DNA of 63,708 nt, the filler included, from Octopus bimaculoides (lineage: Eukaryota), in assembly GCF_001194135.2 (NCBI RefSeq). It is 5 parts of 5 records of this genome, joined end to end, with 100 filler letters (N's around TTAATTAATTAA, not from the genome) between each part and the next. Parts side by side here need not be neighbours in the genome. Positions count along the whole stretch, not along the records: positions 1 to 26,398 come from NC_068988.1; 4 more parts are not named here. One strand, written 5' to 3'. The translations under genes were made by a program, and so were the position numbers. The notes beneath the pieces are model-generated. The model did not search any database, was not told the DNA's origin, and worked only from the letters and a program-made list of their open reading frames with translations. Numbering within the stretch: position 1 is the first letter of the stretch; the number at the start of each line of letters is the position of its first letter. Shown here piece after piece: positions 12,350-24,535 of this stretch.

Positions 12350-12936
12350 AGACCTTCTTTAGCCTGGGGTGCTAGTATTTCTTCATTCCCTACCCACTGT
12401 CTTCGGCACTTGACATATTTATAGAGAACCCATTTTTCGTCATCAGTAATGAATGGTTGAATGACCAAATCCAAGCTTCTCTGCTAGTTCCTCAACAGTT
12501 ACGATAGGAATTTTCTCCGCTAAGGTTTGCAGGACGTCCTCATTGAGCTCTAAAGATCTTCCAAGACGAGGATCGTCTTCTAGGCTGTAATTCCCGGTTC
12601 GGAATTTCTGGAACCACCGTTGACAGTGGTTTACACTAATTGTCCGACCCCCATATACTGCATTAAAATTCCTCGCATTTTCCGTTGCGTTGTTGCCTTT
12701 ATTGAACTTATAATGCAAAATATGCCGAATGTGCTCCTTTGTCACTTCCATTATAGCTTTGAAAAAATAACCGTTAAAATCAAACTGCACTCTTCAAAAC
12801 TTGCACTTAGAATAAGTACAAGTTAAAATTACTACCTGCGTTTATAGCAAGTTGATCATGTAGTCTATCCCGTCTCCCTCCGACTTTCGGTTCATGCAAT
12901 TGAAAAAACTACATTATTTATGGGCTAACCCAATAT
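12350..12936 (-). mobile_element. Mariner (DD34D-type) 5' fragment with internal deletion
   Basis: Translates MEVTKEHIRHILHYKFNKGNNATENARNFNAVYG..CQRWFQKFRTGNYSLEDDPRLGR..ELAEKLGFGHSTIH, fused to ITDDEKWVLY. A TIR-like tattgggttagcccataaaataat lies at 12913-12936. Confidence 0.9.
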
Positions 12937-13414
12937 ATAGTTGATTCAAATAAGCGAACAATAAAATTAACAGACAAGGACAGGACATGCACAAGGAATG
13001 TATCAGCTTGGCGCTCGATAAAATGAGTTTTTGAAGTTTCAAGCATAGCTCTTTAGCGGAAAGGAGAAAGGGAAATGTCCAAAGAAAGAAAAAAATCGCC
13101 AACAACACGTGTGTAATTTATATATTATGCAAATATATATTTATATAAGTATGTATATCGGTATGTGTTACAGACCTAGAAGCTTATTTTGTCCTTTGCT
13201 TAACTTAGTAAAGCTAAATGTTTAGTGTCCATGAAATGTTCTGAAATCTCATTTATTACGTTACATCACAACTATATGTGTGCATCTGCATGTATATTTA
13301 TGTGTGTGTAGGCTGTTGTAGCGTCACTGATGTAACTGGATACAGATTACGAAACAACTGAAAGAAATTGAATAAATGTTTCATCTCTCACTTCTCTGAA
13401 TTTTGGCTTCATGT

Positions 13415-13533
<119 letters not shown>

Positions 13534-14401
13534 TTATACGCATGTATATGTGTGTGTTTGTGCGCGCACGCTCGTGTGTGTACGCAGTTCAAATTTATTA
13601 AAATCACTCCAGGGAATAAATCAGAATATTTTATTACTCCTCCGAAATGCCAAAAAGAATTAATTTATTAATTCTCTCCCGTTTATTTAACATTCGCGAA
13701 CTCCCATCTTACTAATAAAAAAAATAAGCGCCCTATATTTTCGTCGAGATACAAATCCTTTAATCTATCGGTCGTTTCGCCTAGTTACACACTTTACTCA
13801 ATCTAAACTCCGAAAGATTGCATTCCATTTATTCACTTTGTCATTCAAACTTTGACCTACATTTCAACAACAACGACAACCCCTCACCCTGACTCAAAGA
13901 TTCTTCTTTTCATTCCTCAACATGCATTTGCTCACTCTATCGCTCTCCAAAATTCTCCAGGCACCAGCAATCTTCAGACATATATTTTAATTACCCTCAC
14001 TATGTGTTGGTCGTTTTTAGAGGATTTAAATGTTCATACATCTCCTTGACTTTTAGAACCCCACATTCCATTTTAATATAACCAATGCAAAACCTGAATT
14101 TTTTGCATTCCTAAACTCTCTACATCAATTTATTTCATCTCCAACATAAATTCTTGACCAACATACAAACATTCTATGCAGTCTTGTTCACATTTTCTTC
14201 ACCAAATCCATCCATTATCACATCATAACTGTCCCTGAATTAGTAGGATCCGACCAAAATAGTATCATTCATACCCAGTTGATATCTATATAAACTTCAA
14301 TGTTACCCATACCCTAGACCAATCCATACTTCTAAATTTTCATTACTTTTATGCTAACCCTCCTCGCACGATATGTTCTTCAGCTCTAATTCATCAGAAA
14401 T

Positions 14402-14791
14402 TGTTGTTGTTGTTGGCACTCCGTCGCTTACGACGTCAAGGGTTCCAGTTGATCCGATCAACGGAACAGCCTGCTCGTGAAATTAACGTGCAAGTGGCTG
14501 AGCACTCCACAGACCTGTGTACCCTTAACGTAGTTCTCGGGGATATTCAGCTTGACACAGTGTGACAAGGCTGACCCTTTGAAATACTGATACAACAGAA
14601 ACAGAAAGTAAGAGTGAGAGAAAGTTGTGGTGAAAGAGTACAACAGCGTTCGCCACAACCCCTGCCGGGGCCTCGTAGAGCTTTAGGTGTTTTCGGTCAA
14701 TAAACACTCACAACGCTCGGCCTTGGAATCGAAACCGTGATCCTATGACCGCGAGTCCGCTGCCCTAACCGCTGGGCCATCGCGCCTTCAC
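14402..14791 (-). mobile_element. Full-length tRNA-derived SINE (family D) with 14-bp target-site duplication
   Basis: AATTCATCAGAAAT lies at 14388-14401 and at 14792-14805. The tRNA-like head is at about 14720-14790 and the tail is (CAA)n. Partial copies occur at 62407-62505 and about 48590-48770. Confidence 0.9.
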
Positions 14792-16198
14792 AATTCATCA
14801 GAAATAGGTTTATGACAAAAACCATTCTCTTTGCCATCTCCATCCATATTCCACTTACGACAAAACTTAATACCCAAATCTTTCAAGTGATTTTGACTAA
14901 AATACCTCATTGTAGTAGTTCAAGCAAAATCAATTTCAAGGCTGCCTGGAGAAAATCATCCATCAATTTTGTCTCAATTATAGGCAAGGCCTTTTAAAGT
15001 TCTGGACACCAGTGTCCTTGTTGGCAAACTGAAAAATATTGTAAGCGTATTCTCACCAGAATTTTAACAATTCCTACAATCCACATCCGAGATGTTCATT
15101 TTATTATATCAAGCTTGGAGAGATGAATGTCAAAGTTGACTTTGACGAGATTTGAACGTAAAGAAAAAGAAAATCGAGAAAAATTCACCTTTTTATGTTC
15201 TAAAGATTCTGCTAATCTACTGCCTTATGTGGCATATTGCTAGGACCTTAAGAGATGATAGTTTAAGTGATTAATTCCACCGAACTATATTAATGGTACC
15301 TGTCTTGTCAACCACTGATGTTGAAGTAAAATGTAAAAACCGACAAGAACCCCTCCATACAAAAACTTTTATTCCGATGATAATAAGTTCTAAATCTAGG
15401 TGGAGACATAGTGGATTGACTCCTAAACAGTACTTGACCAATATGTTATAGGCGCTCGACAGATAAAAAGTGAAATCTACATGATTAGGAGATCATTTGC
15501 ACATTTATATCATAATAAATTTAACAGGCTTTCTACTGCATGTTTCATTCAAATATCTCGATAGAATGTGAACGAATCTGTAGATATTTATGATATCATA
15601 CATAGAAAAGTATCCAGCTTATGCTGGGTAAAAGATTATTTACATGGATATGGGCTTTGAATGGACTTCCAATATGCTGAAGTGAACTTACAATAGTTGA
15701 AATATATTTCATACTCATATAATAGTCATTATAAAGTGATATGAAGGTAATGTGTGGAAAGAAATGTTTCCAGATTTATAAAGATCTGATCTTTATATAG
15801 GGTTTCCAAGTTAAAAAGATAAAGAATCTTTAATCTCGGCTAAAACTTAACCCTGACTATTGTAATCATAGAATCTTATAACACCAGTATTTTTATGGAA
15901 AATTCCAGTGATTGAAAACTATAAAGGTATTAGTTTAAAATCACATGAGGAATATTGAAATAATAAATTTGTCTCTTTCAAGCAATCGAGAAGGAACTTT
16001 GATGATAACTGGTCTAAGAGTCTGAAAGTTTTATTCCGCAACAAAGTTCTAATAGCTTCTAATAATAGATATGTACTATACACTATAGTATTTTATGTAT
16101 ATTGCAAGCATTACGTATATATTAAGCATCTATCATGTATATATATGTACATAAAGATATGTATCGCTGGTCGTGTATGTATATGTATATCTTTAAAT

Positions 16199-16256
<58 letters not shown>

Positions 16257-17016
16257 NNNNNNNNNNNNNNNNNNNNNNNNNNNNNNNNNNNNNNNNNNNN
16301 NNNNNNNNNNNNNNNNNNNNNNNNNNNNNNNNNNNNNNNNNNNNNNNNNNNNNNNNNNNNNNNNNNNNNNNNNNNNNNNNNNNNNNNNNNNNNNNNNNNN
16401 NNNNNNNNNNNNNNNNNNNNNNNNNNNNNNNNNNNNNNNNNNNNNNNNNNNNNNNNNNNNNNNNNNNNNNNNNNNNNNNNNNNNNNNNNNNNNNNNNNNN
16501 NNNNNNNNNNNNNNNNNNNNNNNNNNNNNNNNNNNNNNNNNNNNNNNNNNNNNNNNNNNNNNNNNNNNNNNNNNNNNNNNNNNNNNNNNNNNNNNNNNNN
16601 NNNNNNNNNNNNNNNNNNNNNNNNNNNNNNNNNNNNNNNNNNNNNNNNNNNNNNNNNNNNNNNNNNNNNNNNNNNNNNNNNNNNNNNNNNNNNNNNNNNN
16701 NNNNNNNNNNNNNNNNNNNNNNNNNNNNNNNNNNNNNNNNNNNNNNNNNNNNNNNNNNNNNNNNNNNNNNNNNNNNNNNNNNNNNNNNNNNNNNNNNNNN
16801 NNNNNNNNNNNNNNNNNNNNNNNNNNNNNNNNNNNNNNNNNNNNNNNNNNNNNNNNNNNNNNNNNNNNNNNNNNNNNNNNNNNNNNNNNNNNNNNNNNNN
16901 NNNNNNNNNNNNNNNNNNNNNNNNNNNNNNNNNNNNNNNNNNNNNNNNNNNNNNNNNNNNNNNNNNNNNNNNNNNNNNNNNNNNNNNNNNNNNNNNNNNN
17001 NNNNNNNNNNNNNNNN

Positions 17017-17139
17017 ATAGAATAAGTACTAGGCTTCCAAAGAATAAGTCCTGGGGTCGATTTTCTCGACTAAAGGCGGTGCTCCAGCATGGCCGCAGTC
17101 AAATGACTGAAACAAGTAAAAGAGTAAAAGAGTAAAAGA

Positions 17140-17140
<1 letters not shown>
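17017..17140 (+). mobile_element. SINE family B, 3' half
   Basis: gaataagtactaggct..ggcggtgctccagcatggccgcagtcaaatgactgaaacaagtaaaagag is shared with 33700-33905 and 53720-53912. Confidence 0.8.
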
Positions 17141-17177
<37 letters not shown>

Positions 17178-18309
17178 ACCTATCTCTCTATATACTGTAT
17201 TTTAACAAAAGTCTGTATATGTTTGCATTGTTCTTCTGCTTGTGTAGCATCTGCTAGAAACTTTACTACAACAATAGATATTATTTATTCTACATATAAA
17301 TGTGTGTATGTGTATGTTTGTGTGTGTGTGTGTGTTGATGTATACATACATACACGCATGCACACACACTTCCACACATGCATGTATATGTGTATAAGGA
17401 TATATCTGTATGTATTCATGTATTTGCTTGTATGGATGAGTGCATGCATGCATGTGCCTAAGTGTGTTCTGAGTTAACATCAATAAATCTAAAGAAAATT
17501 GAACTCCATCTGAATATATTTGTATTTCAGAGCTCAATCAGAGATAATTTAGCAGCTTTTTGCATGATGTCTCCGGGGTCTGGCTACAAAATTTGAAGTG
17601 TCATATTTAGATATAATTAAGTTATTATATAAATACAACCATCAAATCAAATCCAAATATACAGATAATTCATAGTTTCAAAACAAAGGATTCAATATAT
17701 TGAGGTTTTTGAAATTGACACGGTTGTTATGCAAAATACATTTTTATCGTTAATGACGGTTTGCAGGAAGGATCAGATTACAAACCGCTGTCATATTACA
17801 AGAGAATGACATTAAGATTACGTGCAATATCTCCTGGTGTACACATTGCACGAACATGTTTTTTTATTTATAAGATCTATACAGTATAAAGTGATCAGTT
17901 TCCAACAGAATAACCATGTGAAAGTGGAAGGTAATTAAATTTGTATGTTGATAACTACTAGGACAGACTATTGTTATTTCCTTATAATTTGCGCATCATT
18001 TAGACGTCATATAAATAGTCAGTTTATACAATCTATCCAGCATGAATATCTGCATGTTATTAAAAGCTTTACGGAAATATTGCCGAAAAAAGCTGCATAC
18101 TGGAAATGCTAGCTAGCCAAGCAAGAGGTTATGCATGCTAATATAACGCTTAATGGGTATTCTAGCATTGATAAAAGAATTAGTAGATCTCAGATATTGT
18201 CAGATTCCATTTATCACAGACATGAAGAAAATAATCTAAACAGTCTGACCCAGTAATACAAATTTGTAAGGATTATATTACGACCAAATATATAACGTAA
18301 GACAATAGC

Positions 18310-18322
18310 ATGGTTTCCATAG
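18310..18322 (+). CDS. Candidate first coding segment (ATG GTT TCC ATA G) of the GPCR
   Basis: The ATG has an in-frame TAA shortly upstream and is followed by a consensus donor AG|GTGAGT. The phase-1 end is compatible with the phase-1 start at 21581. There is no homology support. Confidence 0.15.
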
Positions 18323-18380
18323 GTGAGTAATTCAGCAATAAATTATCTGTAGATTTTGAGATAATAGTCACCAAGAAATA

Positions 18381-18470
18381 TCAGAAGGATATTCTTTCAG
18401 AAGGATATTCTTTCAGAAGGATATTCTTTCAGAAGGATATTCTTTCAGAAGGATATTCTTTCAGAAGGAT
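18381..18470. repeat. 16-bp minisatellite (TCAGAAGGATATTCTT) x5.6
   Basis: Perfect tandem copies start at 18381, 18397, 18413, 18429 and 18445, with a partial copy at 18461. Confidence 0.97.
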
Positions 18471-20559
18471 TCTCTTTTGATTTTCTATAATTTTTCTGTT
18501 AAAGAGTACAACTTGTTTAATTTCTGTAGTACTACAGTGTATATTTAGAGCTATTAACTTGAGAGTAAAACTCCCAGAAGCACGTCGGGCAGAATATCTA
18601 CAGTCTAAACCTTATAAGGAGTATCACATAACATTTCTATGGTAGAATGCGATTCCTTGGTCCACCCAGACATACCAGTGAAGCAACAGAATTATTGGCT
18701 TTCTTACTAAAGACTAATGGAGATATAATATACACACTATTACTAAAATAAGTACAGGGGAATATACTTGTGGGGATTAACTATTCGGTTAAAGTGCCTT
18801 CAGCAACTTATTGTTAATTCTTCGATCATAATAAAATGTAAAGTTGACCCCAGCATAATTTGAAATAAGAACACTAAAGATCAGAGGAAAATACCGTAAA
18901 AGATTTTTGTTCAAACTTACAACTATTGCACGCATCCATTGCCCATATATATATAATGATACTATATTCTCTAACATATACATAAAATGATACTAATATA
19001 CTAACATACAAAACTACTACTATTCTTAGAAATCTTCCAATTTCCTGTTCATGAATACAATAGCTTTGTTACGAGTAACATTTTCTTTAAGTTCTTTATT
19101 GAGTTCCTCAATGAAGTTATACTCTTAATACTAAAAGTTTGTTATCATGGCTATCATATCTTATACTAATTGGTTTTGGACGCAACTATTATTTACTAGT
19201 TTAGCAAGTATTTATGAGGAAATTACACATCTAATCATGTTCATAGGGTATACTAGGATTACTAGAATACTTTTGAACTGCTTCTGATAAAACGACTTCA
19301 TGTTTATAATAATCAAGCACTTCATTAATTTCCAGTAATAAAAAAGATATTAAAGATATATAACTTAAATAAATCTAGAAATAATATTACCGCAATTGTT
19401 TTAATATCTTAATGTTTTAATGCTTACTTGAAGTTTTCCGAATATTTCTATTCCCAGTTTTCGGTTTAGAAAATATCACATTATTAAATAATTAAACAAT
19501 GCTCATTTACAGAATACAACAAAGAATGATTTTAAAATGCAGTCAAATTATATTTTTCTTTTATCTTCATCTCCTCAAATGTGAAATATTTTATAAACAT
19601 ATGATTCTATGCTATGAATATTTTTTATTATTTTTCTGTAAGAAAGTCATAGAAATCTAAACAATATCAAACCACAAAAGCAGCATTTTGCAGTAGCGAT
19701 AATAACATGAACATGTTACAACTATATTGGGCGTCATATTTTTTATAAGAATTTTCGTACGTTTAAATTCAGAATAATGACTTAATCGTCTGAAATTTAT
19801 ATTTTGTCTCCTAATCAATGCGTTTTTCTAAAGCGATATGAAGATATTATGCATTCAATCTTCATTATTGGTTTCGATGTGAACTGTCAATTTTTATTTT
19901 AAGTAGATTTTAATTTATTGTAATTACCTAATTTTCACCCATATGTATGAATTCTTTTTTATTATTGAAAAACTTATGATTGGCTCACTGGGTTATAACG
20001 GCCACGATTTTCTAATTAACTTTAAAATTGTTTTCATTCCTCGGTAATAAGCGATATAGATATAACTTATACAATTATACAAACATCAATTTTTGCTGCA
20101 CCTAAATCCTAAAGTTTCTTATTGTCAGTGGCTAACAAATTTACCTGAATCATCCTACTTTTAAGCAGGCACAGCATACTGAGAGAGTAGCATGTAAACC
20201 CGAATGATCCGTTGGTAACCAGAGTTGCGATCAACTCCTCCGGTTTACAAAAGAATAGCTTTCTTCAAGAGAATCGATGTATGACGCATTAAAAGTTTTA
20301 TATGTTATAGAAGACAAACATAAGCGTGCATCTAATATATTGAATTACTTCACTGCAAGTTCATTAATGTCCACCCTAAAAGTAGAATAACAAATTAAAA
20401 GCTAATGACACATCAAATATATAAATAAATTTCGAAAATCAAATTAATCAAACATGAAAAAAGATACCTGTCTTTCTTATTTTACTCGGTTGGCTAATAT
20501 ATTAATTGTAGTAATAGAAACGTGTGTTACATATTAAGAGTACATTATGACTTCCATTA

Positions 20560-21070
20560 TGGGAAAAAGTGGAAGGGAGTTGTGAAGTCAATCGACTCCG
20601 GCATTTAATTTCTCTAATACCAATTTTGGTTTCAAATTTTGGCACAAGGCCAGTGATTTTAGGGGAAGGGGAAGTCGGTTACATCTACCCCACTATTCAA
20701 CTGCTAATATTTTATCGACCCCGAAGGGATGAAAGACAAAGTCGACTTAGGTGGAATTTGAACTCAGGAAACGAATACGGACGAAATGCCGCTAAGCGTT
20801 TTGGCCGGTGCGCTACTGATTCCGACAGCTCGCGGCCCTCAGGCGAACTAATATTGGTTTCAAACTTTTGACAAAGGACCAATAATTTGGGGAGAAAGAG
20901 GTAAATCGATTACATTGATCCCAGTGTTCAACTGGTACTTACTTTATCGACAACGAAAGGATGAAATACAAAGTCGACCTTGGCGGATTTGAGCTCAGAA
21001 CGTTAAGAAGGACGAAATACCGCAAAGTATTTTGCTCGGCGTGCTATCGATTGTGCCAGCTCGCCGCCAA
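20560..21070 (-). mobile_element. Two tandem SINE family A copies
   Basis: The family A core occurs at about 20700-20840 and again at about 20940-21070 in the same orientation. Confidence 0.85.
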
Positions 21071-21446
21071 TAAGCTAATCTAATATTACAATGTGCATAG
21101 TGATTTTTTATTCGCTAAGAGAGAAGAATTAAACATACTGTTTTCTTCTGGTCACCTCACATAACTAAAAAGAAATTGTATCTTAAAGACTAGCCTTCTT
21201 TTTCAATGCCTTTTTTAAAAAATCTTAAGTGAATCTCAATATGGAATATGTCCTTGATATGCTACCAAAAAATGCAGACATCCTACCCTGCTTCTAAATT
21301 TAGCCCTAGAATGATTGGCATACTGTATTTTGCTAACATAATTCAGCCTCTTGTCATAGACAAGCACTGTTTTCTCTTGGTATTTCTATCGCTACTTGGA
21401 GATCGTTGGTCTTGCACTATCTCTACACATACTCTCCTGACTTTCA

Positions 21447-21533
<87 letters not shown>

Positions 21534-21580
21534 TGCATACATACATATATTCATACATACATACCTATTATCTTTTCCAG

Positions 21581-21691
21581 GACTTTACTGCAATAGAACA
21601 TGGGATAATATCATGTGTTGGCCAGATACCGCAGCAGGGACTGTAGCAGTACAAAGCTGTCCAGAATATATCAGTAATTTCAATACGGAAG
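21581..21691 (+). CDS. Internal coding exon of a class B1 (secretin-family) GPCR, hormone-receptor extracellular domain; PTH-receptor-like or calcitonin-receptor-like
   Basis: Acceptor tcttttccAG ends at 21580 and donor GTattt starts at 21692. The exon is 111 nt, phase 1-1. It translates (G)LYCNRTWDNIMCWPDTAAGTVAVQSCPEYISNFNTE(G), matching the family signature C-x3-WD-x3-CWP-x4-G-x6-CP-x-Y. The orthologue cannot be fixed from one exon. Confidence 0.92.
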
Positions 21692-22225
21692 GTATTTAAA
21701 AGCATTCATAACTTTTCGTTAAATATTTTATTCTAATGTATGGCATTTACCATTCTAATTTCATAACTATCAAATTTAACTAAGTAGACTTCTATAACTG
21801 TGAGATTTGCTTGTAGAAGGTTATGTACTAGTGAAACCTTTCACCTTAATCACGTCTATTAAAGAAAATTAATTTCACGTGAGTATATATTAAAATTTGA
21901 TAGTATCTGAGAAGTGAAAACAACGGAATAACGAACCTCTTCAGTATATGAAAGCTTGTTTATATTTTAAACATATAATAATTGCCTACATCTTAAAATT
22001 TTGCTTTTAAAATGTGTATACTTTCGGCTGAGTACGTTTCTCTGCCCGATGTTGTTTAAGTCGCTTGATTTGAACTTTTTCATTTGACTTCAAATAATAT
22101 TATTTTTCTCTTAAAAAGACAAAAATATTTTGATTTCTTAAGATTATAATCTTTGTTTTCGTCACATAAACACAACTTTTGCAGCTGATATTTCTTGACG
22201 ACAATGACGAAAACCTATACATCGG

Positions 22226-22254
<29 letters not shown>

Positions 22255-22259
<5 letters not shown>

Positions 22260-22410
22260 ACGGGATTCTTTCAGTTTCCATATAACAAATTTACACAAGG
22301 TTTTGATCAGCCCGACGTCATAGCAGAAAGTATTTGCCTAAGGTGTTGTGCAGCGGAACTGATCGTCGGAGCCCTGTGTTTGTGAAGTAAACTTCTTATC
22401 ACACAGCAAT
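22255..22410 (-). mobile_element. SINE family B 5' half, degenerate
   Basis: cgacgggattctttcagtttcc.. resembles 32765-32925. Confidence 0.65.
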
Positions 22411-23831
22411 GCCTGAATCAATACAAAGTAAGACAAACCCGGAATTCCATTCCTGATCAGTATGTTCATGCGATAACATATATGACTCCTTGTTTGTAAC
22501 AGATGCATATGTCACAAATGTAGGAAAATTAATGGAATGCTTTAGCATTACTCCGTATCTTTTGTTTGATATCAAAACTACCATTTATATTTCAAAATTC
22601 AAAATTCATTTCGATAATTTAGCGCACTTGCATATCATGCCAGTTTCTGAAAGTATTTGCTATACTTCAATTCAAAAGGATTCACACTTAAAATATAACA
22701 CTTTAACGCAATAAACAATACAGTTTTCAAATATTGACCATTTGAAGGACAGAAATCAGAGGACTTACTATTACTTGATTGTATAAGAAATACGGAAGCC
22801 GCTATGTACAAGAAATAGGACCTCATTTACAATTCAAGTACTTCAAGATTATAAGGAAAACGATAATATTTTATATTGTGTTTTCTGTTTTAGAAAGGTT
22901 ATTGCTATTATTTCTAATGCATTTTATTTTCTAGTTAAAATCATTCCGTATAATTCTTCATTATAGTAATCTGCTTATTTGTCAAATACATTTCATTAAA
23001 ATGATTTTCTGGTTTCTTTCCATACTGCTTGGATAAAACGAGCACTTTTTGCAAATCAAATCAGAAACCACTGTATATAAAACATAGCTGATTTTCGAAT
23101 TCTTGTCAATAAACTATAAAATTTCATACGATTTTCCGTGAAAATGATATTGAGAAGTGTAAGTATAATGGAATGCCGAAAAAGTTACCTAATTTAAATT
23201 TAGTGTTGACTATGAATTTTAAGTTCGAATATTTAAATAGATTAATGAGATTTTAATCTGTCTGATTACTGCTTATCGATATTGAATGCCAGCATTGCAA
23301 AACAAAAATCGTGTAGACCAGGTATAATACAAGACGACAAACGCAATCACAAATTTCTGCCGAGTCCAGATATGAAAAGAAAAATGCCATTTTTCTTCAC
23401 TAGCAGCCTGTTGTCAAAATATCTTTTTTTCCTTTTTGCATAATGACTCATTCCTGTTAACAACAACATCCCCATTAGTAAAATCCATTTCAGAATCATG
23501 ATGACATTGATAAATGAGATGTGATGCAGTGGGAGAATAACGGTAGTATAGGAGATGTTATAGTGATTGTGTTGTCATGGTAATCTTGTTTGTTAGTAAC
23601 ATTTACTCCTTTCTGTGGCGTAGTCAATGTGTAGTACTAATGTGCGTACCATCAAAAGAAAAATGAGAGCTGCACATTTTTTAGTTAGAGTTTCACTTTC
23701 TCGGTGAAGGAAAGCTTTTCATTTTAGTCTGATGACACGGTTTTAGAATATTCTCTATAATATACAAAGAGGTAGCTACATACAAATATTCTCAATAATA
23801 CATATGTTAGCAACAGTTCAAATATTCGCCA

Positions 23832-23890
<59 letters not shown>

Positions 23891-24377
23891 NNNNNNNNNN
23901 NNNNNNNNNNNNNNNNNNNNNNNNNNNNNNNTGTGTGTGTGCGTGCGTGCGTGTGTGTGTGCGTTTGTGTGTGTGCACTTACGTGTGTGTGTGTGTGTGT
24001 GTGTGTGATATGGTACCCGCACTCCAAATATCATCTGAAACATATTATGTGGTCTTGTTTTCGGGTTATTTCTTTCACTTTCGTAGTTAATACTGAAGCT
24101 GGTGTCGTTCATCATATTGCTCTACACATTTCGTGACTAAGACAAATGCAGTGATTTTAGTGTTAACAGCGTCAACTTTTTGTATTCCATTGTGGTCGAT
24201 AAATAGAATTTTTTGATAAACTAGTATCAGTTTAAAAGATTGCATTCCTCGCCTACTAAATTTGGGCTTCAGTGAATCGTTATTAAAGAAATCATTTACC
24301 TTGTATAAAATAGATATTACATATTATAAAAGAGGAAGAATTTCTTGTTTGCAAGATTAAGCTTAGTATGGTATATA

Positions 24378-24535
24378 GGGCGCGAGCTACTGCGCCAGAA
24401 AGATGTTTAGCGGTATTTCTTCTGACTTTACGTTCTGTTTTCAAATGCTGCTGGGATGGAATTTGCCTTTGATCATGTTGGGGTCGATAAAATAAGTACT
24501 AGTTGTGCGCTGGGGCTGATGTAATCGATCAACCT
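24378..24535 (+). mobile_element. SINE family A, degenerate
   Basis: Contains atgtttagcggtatttc..ttcaaat..ttgcctttgatc..ggggtcgataaaataagtac. Confidence 0.7.

Noticed and set aside
18381-18470. Regular short repeats (here and 47175-47250) as CRISPR-like arrays
   Set aside because: There are no spacers, the context is eukaryotic and no cas genes are present; these are plain minisatellites.
18530-18584. Possible upstream GPCR exon (LQCIFRAINLRVKLPEA) giving plausible Cys spacing
   Set aside because: It needs a poor donor (GTCGGG), yields no signal peptide and has no sequence similarity to the family.
20191-20278. Open frame HVNPND..FLQENRC upstream of the GPCR exon
   Set aside because: Splicing at the only good donor creates TGA with the 21581 exon, and read-through hits a stop.
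22503-22560. Acceptor-like AG followed by DAY.. or HKCRKING, resembling the next GPCR exon
   Set aside because: The motifs fall in different frames and the conserved G-x-W is absent.
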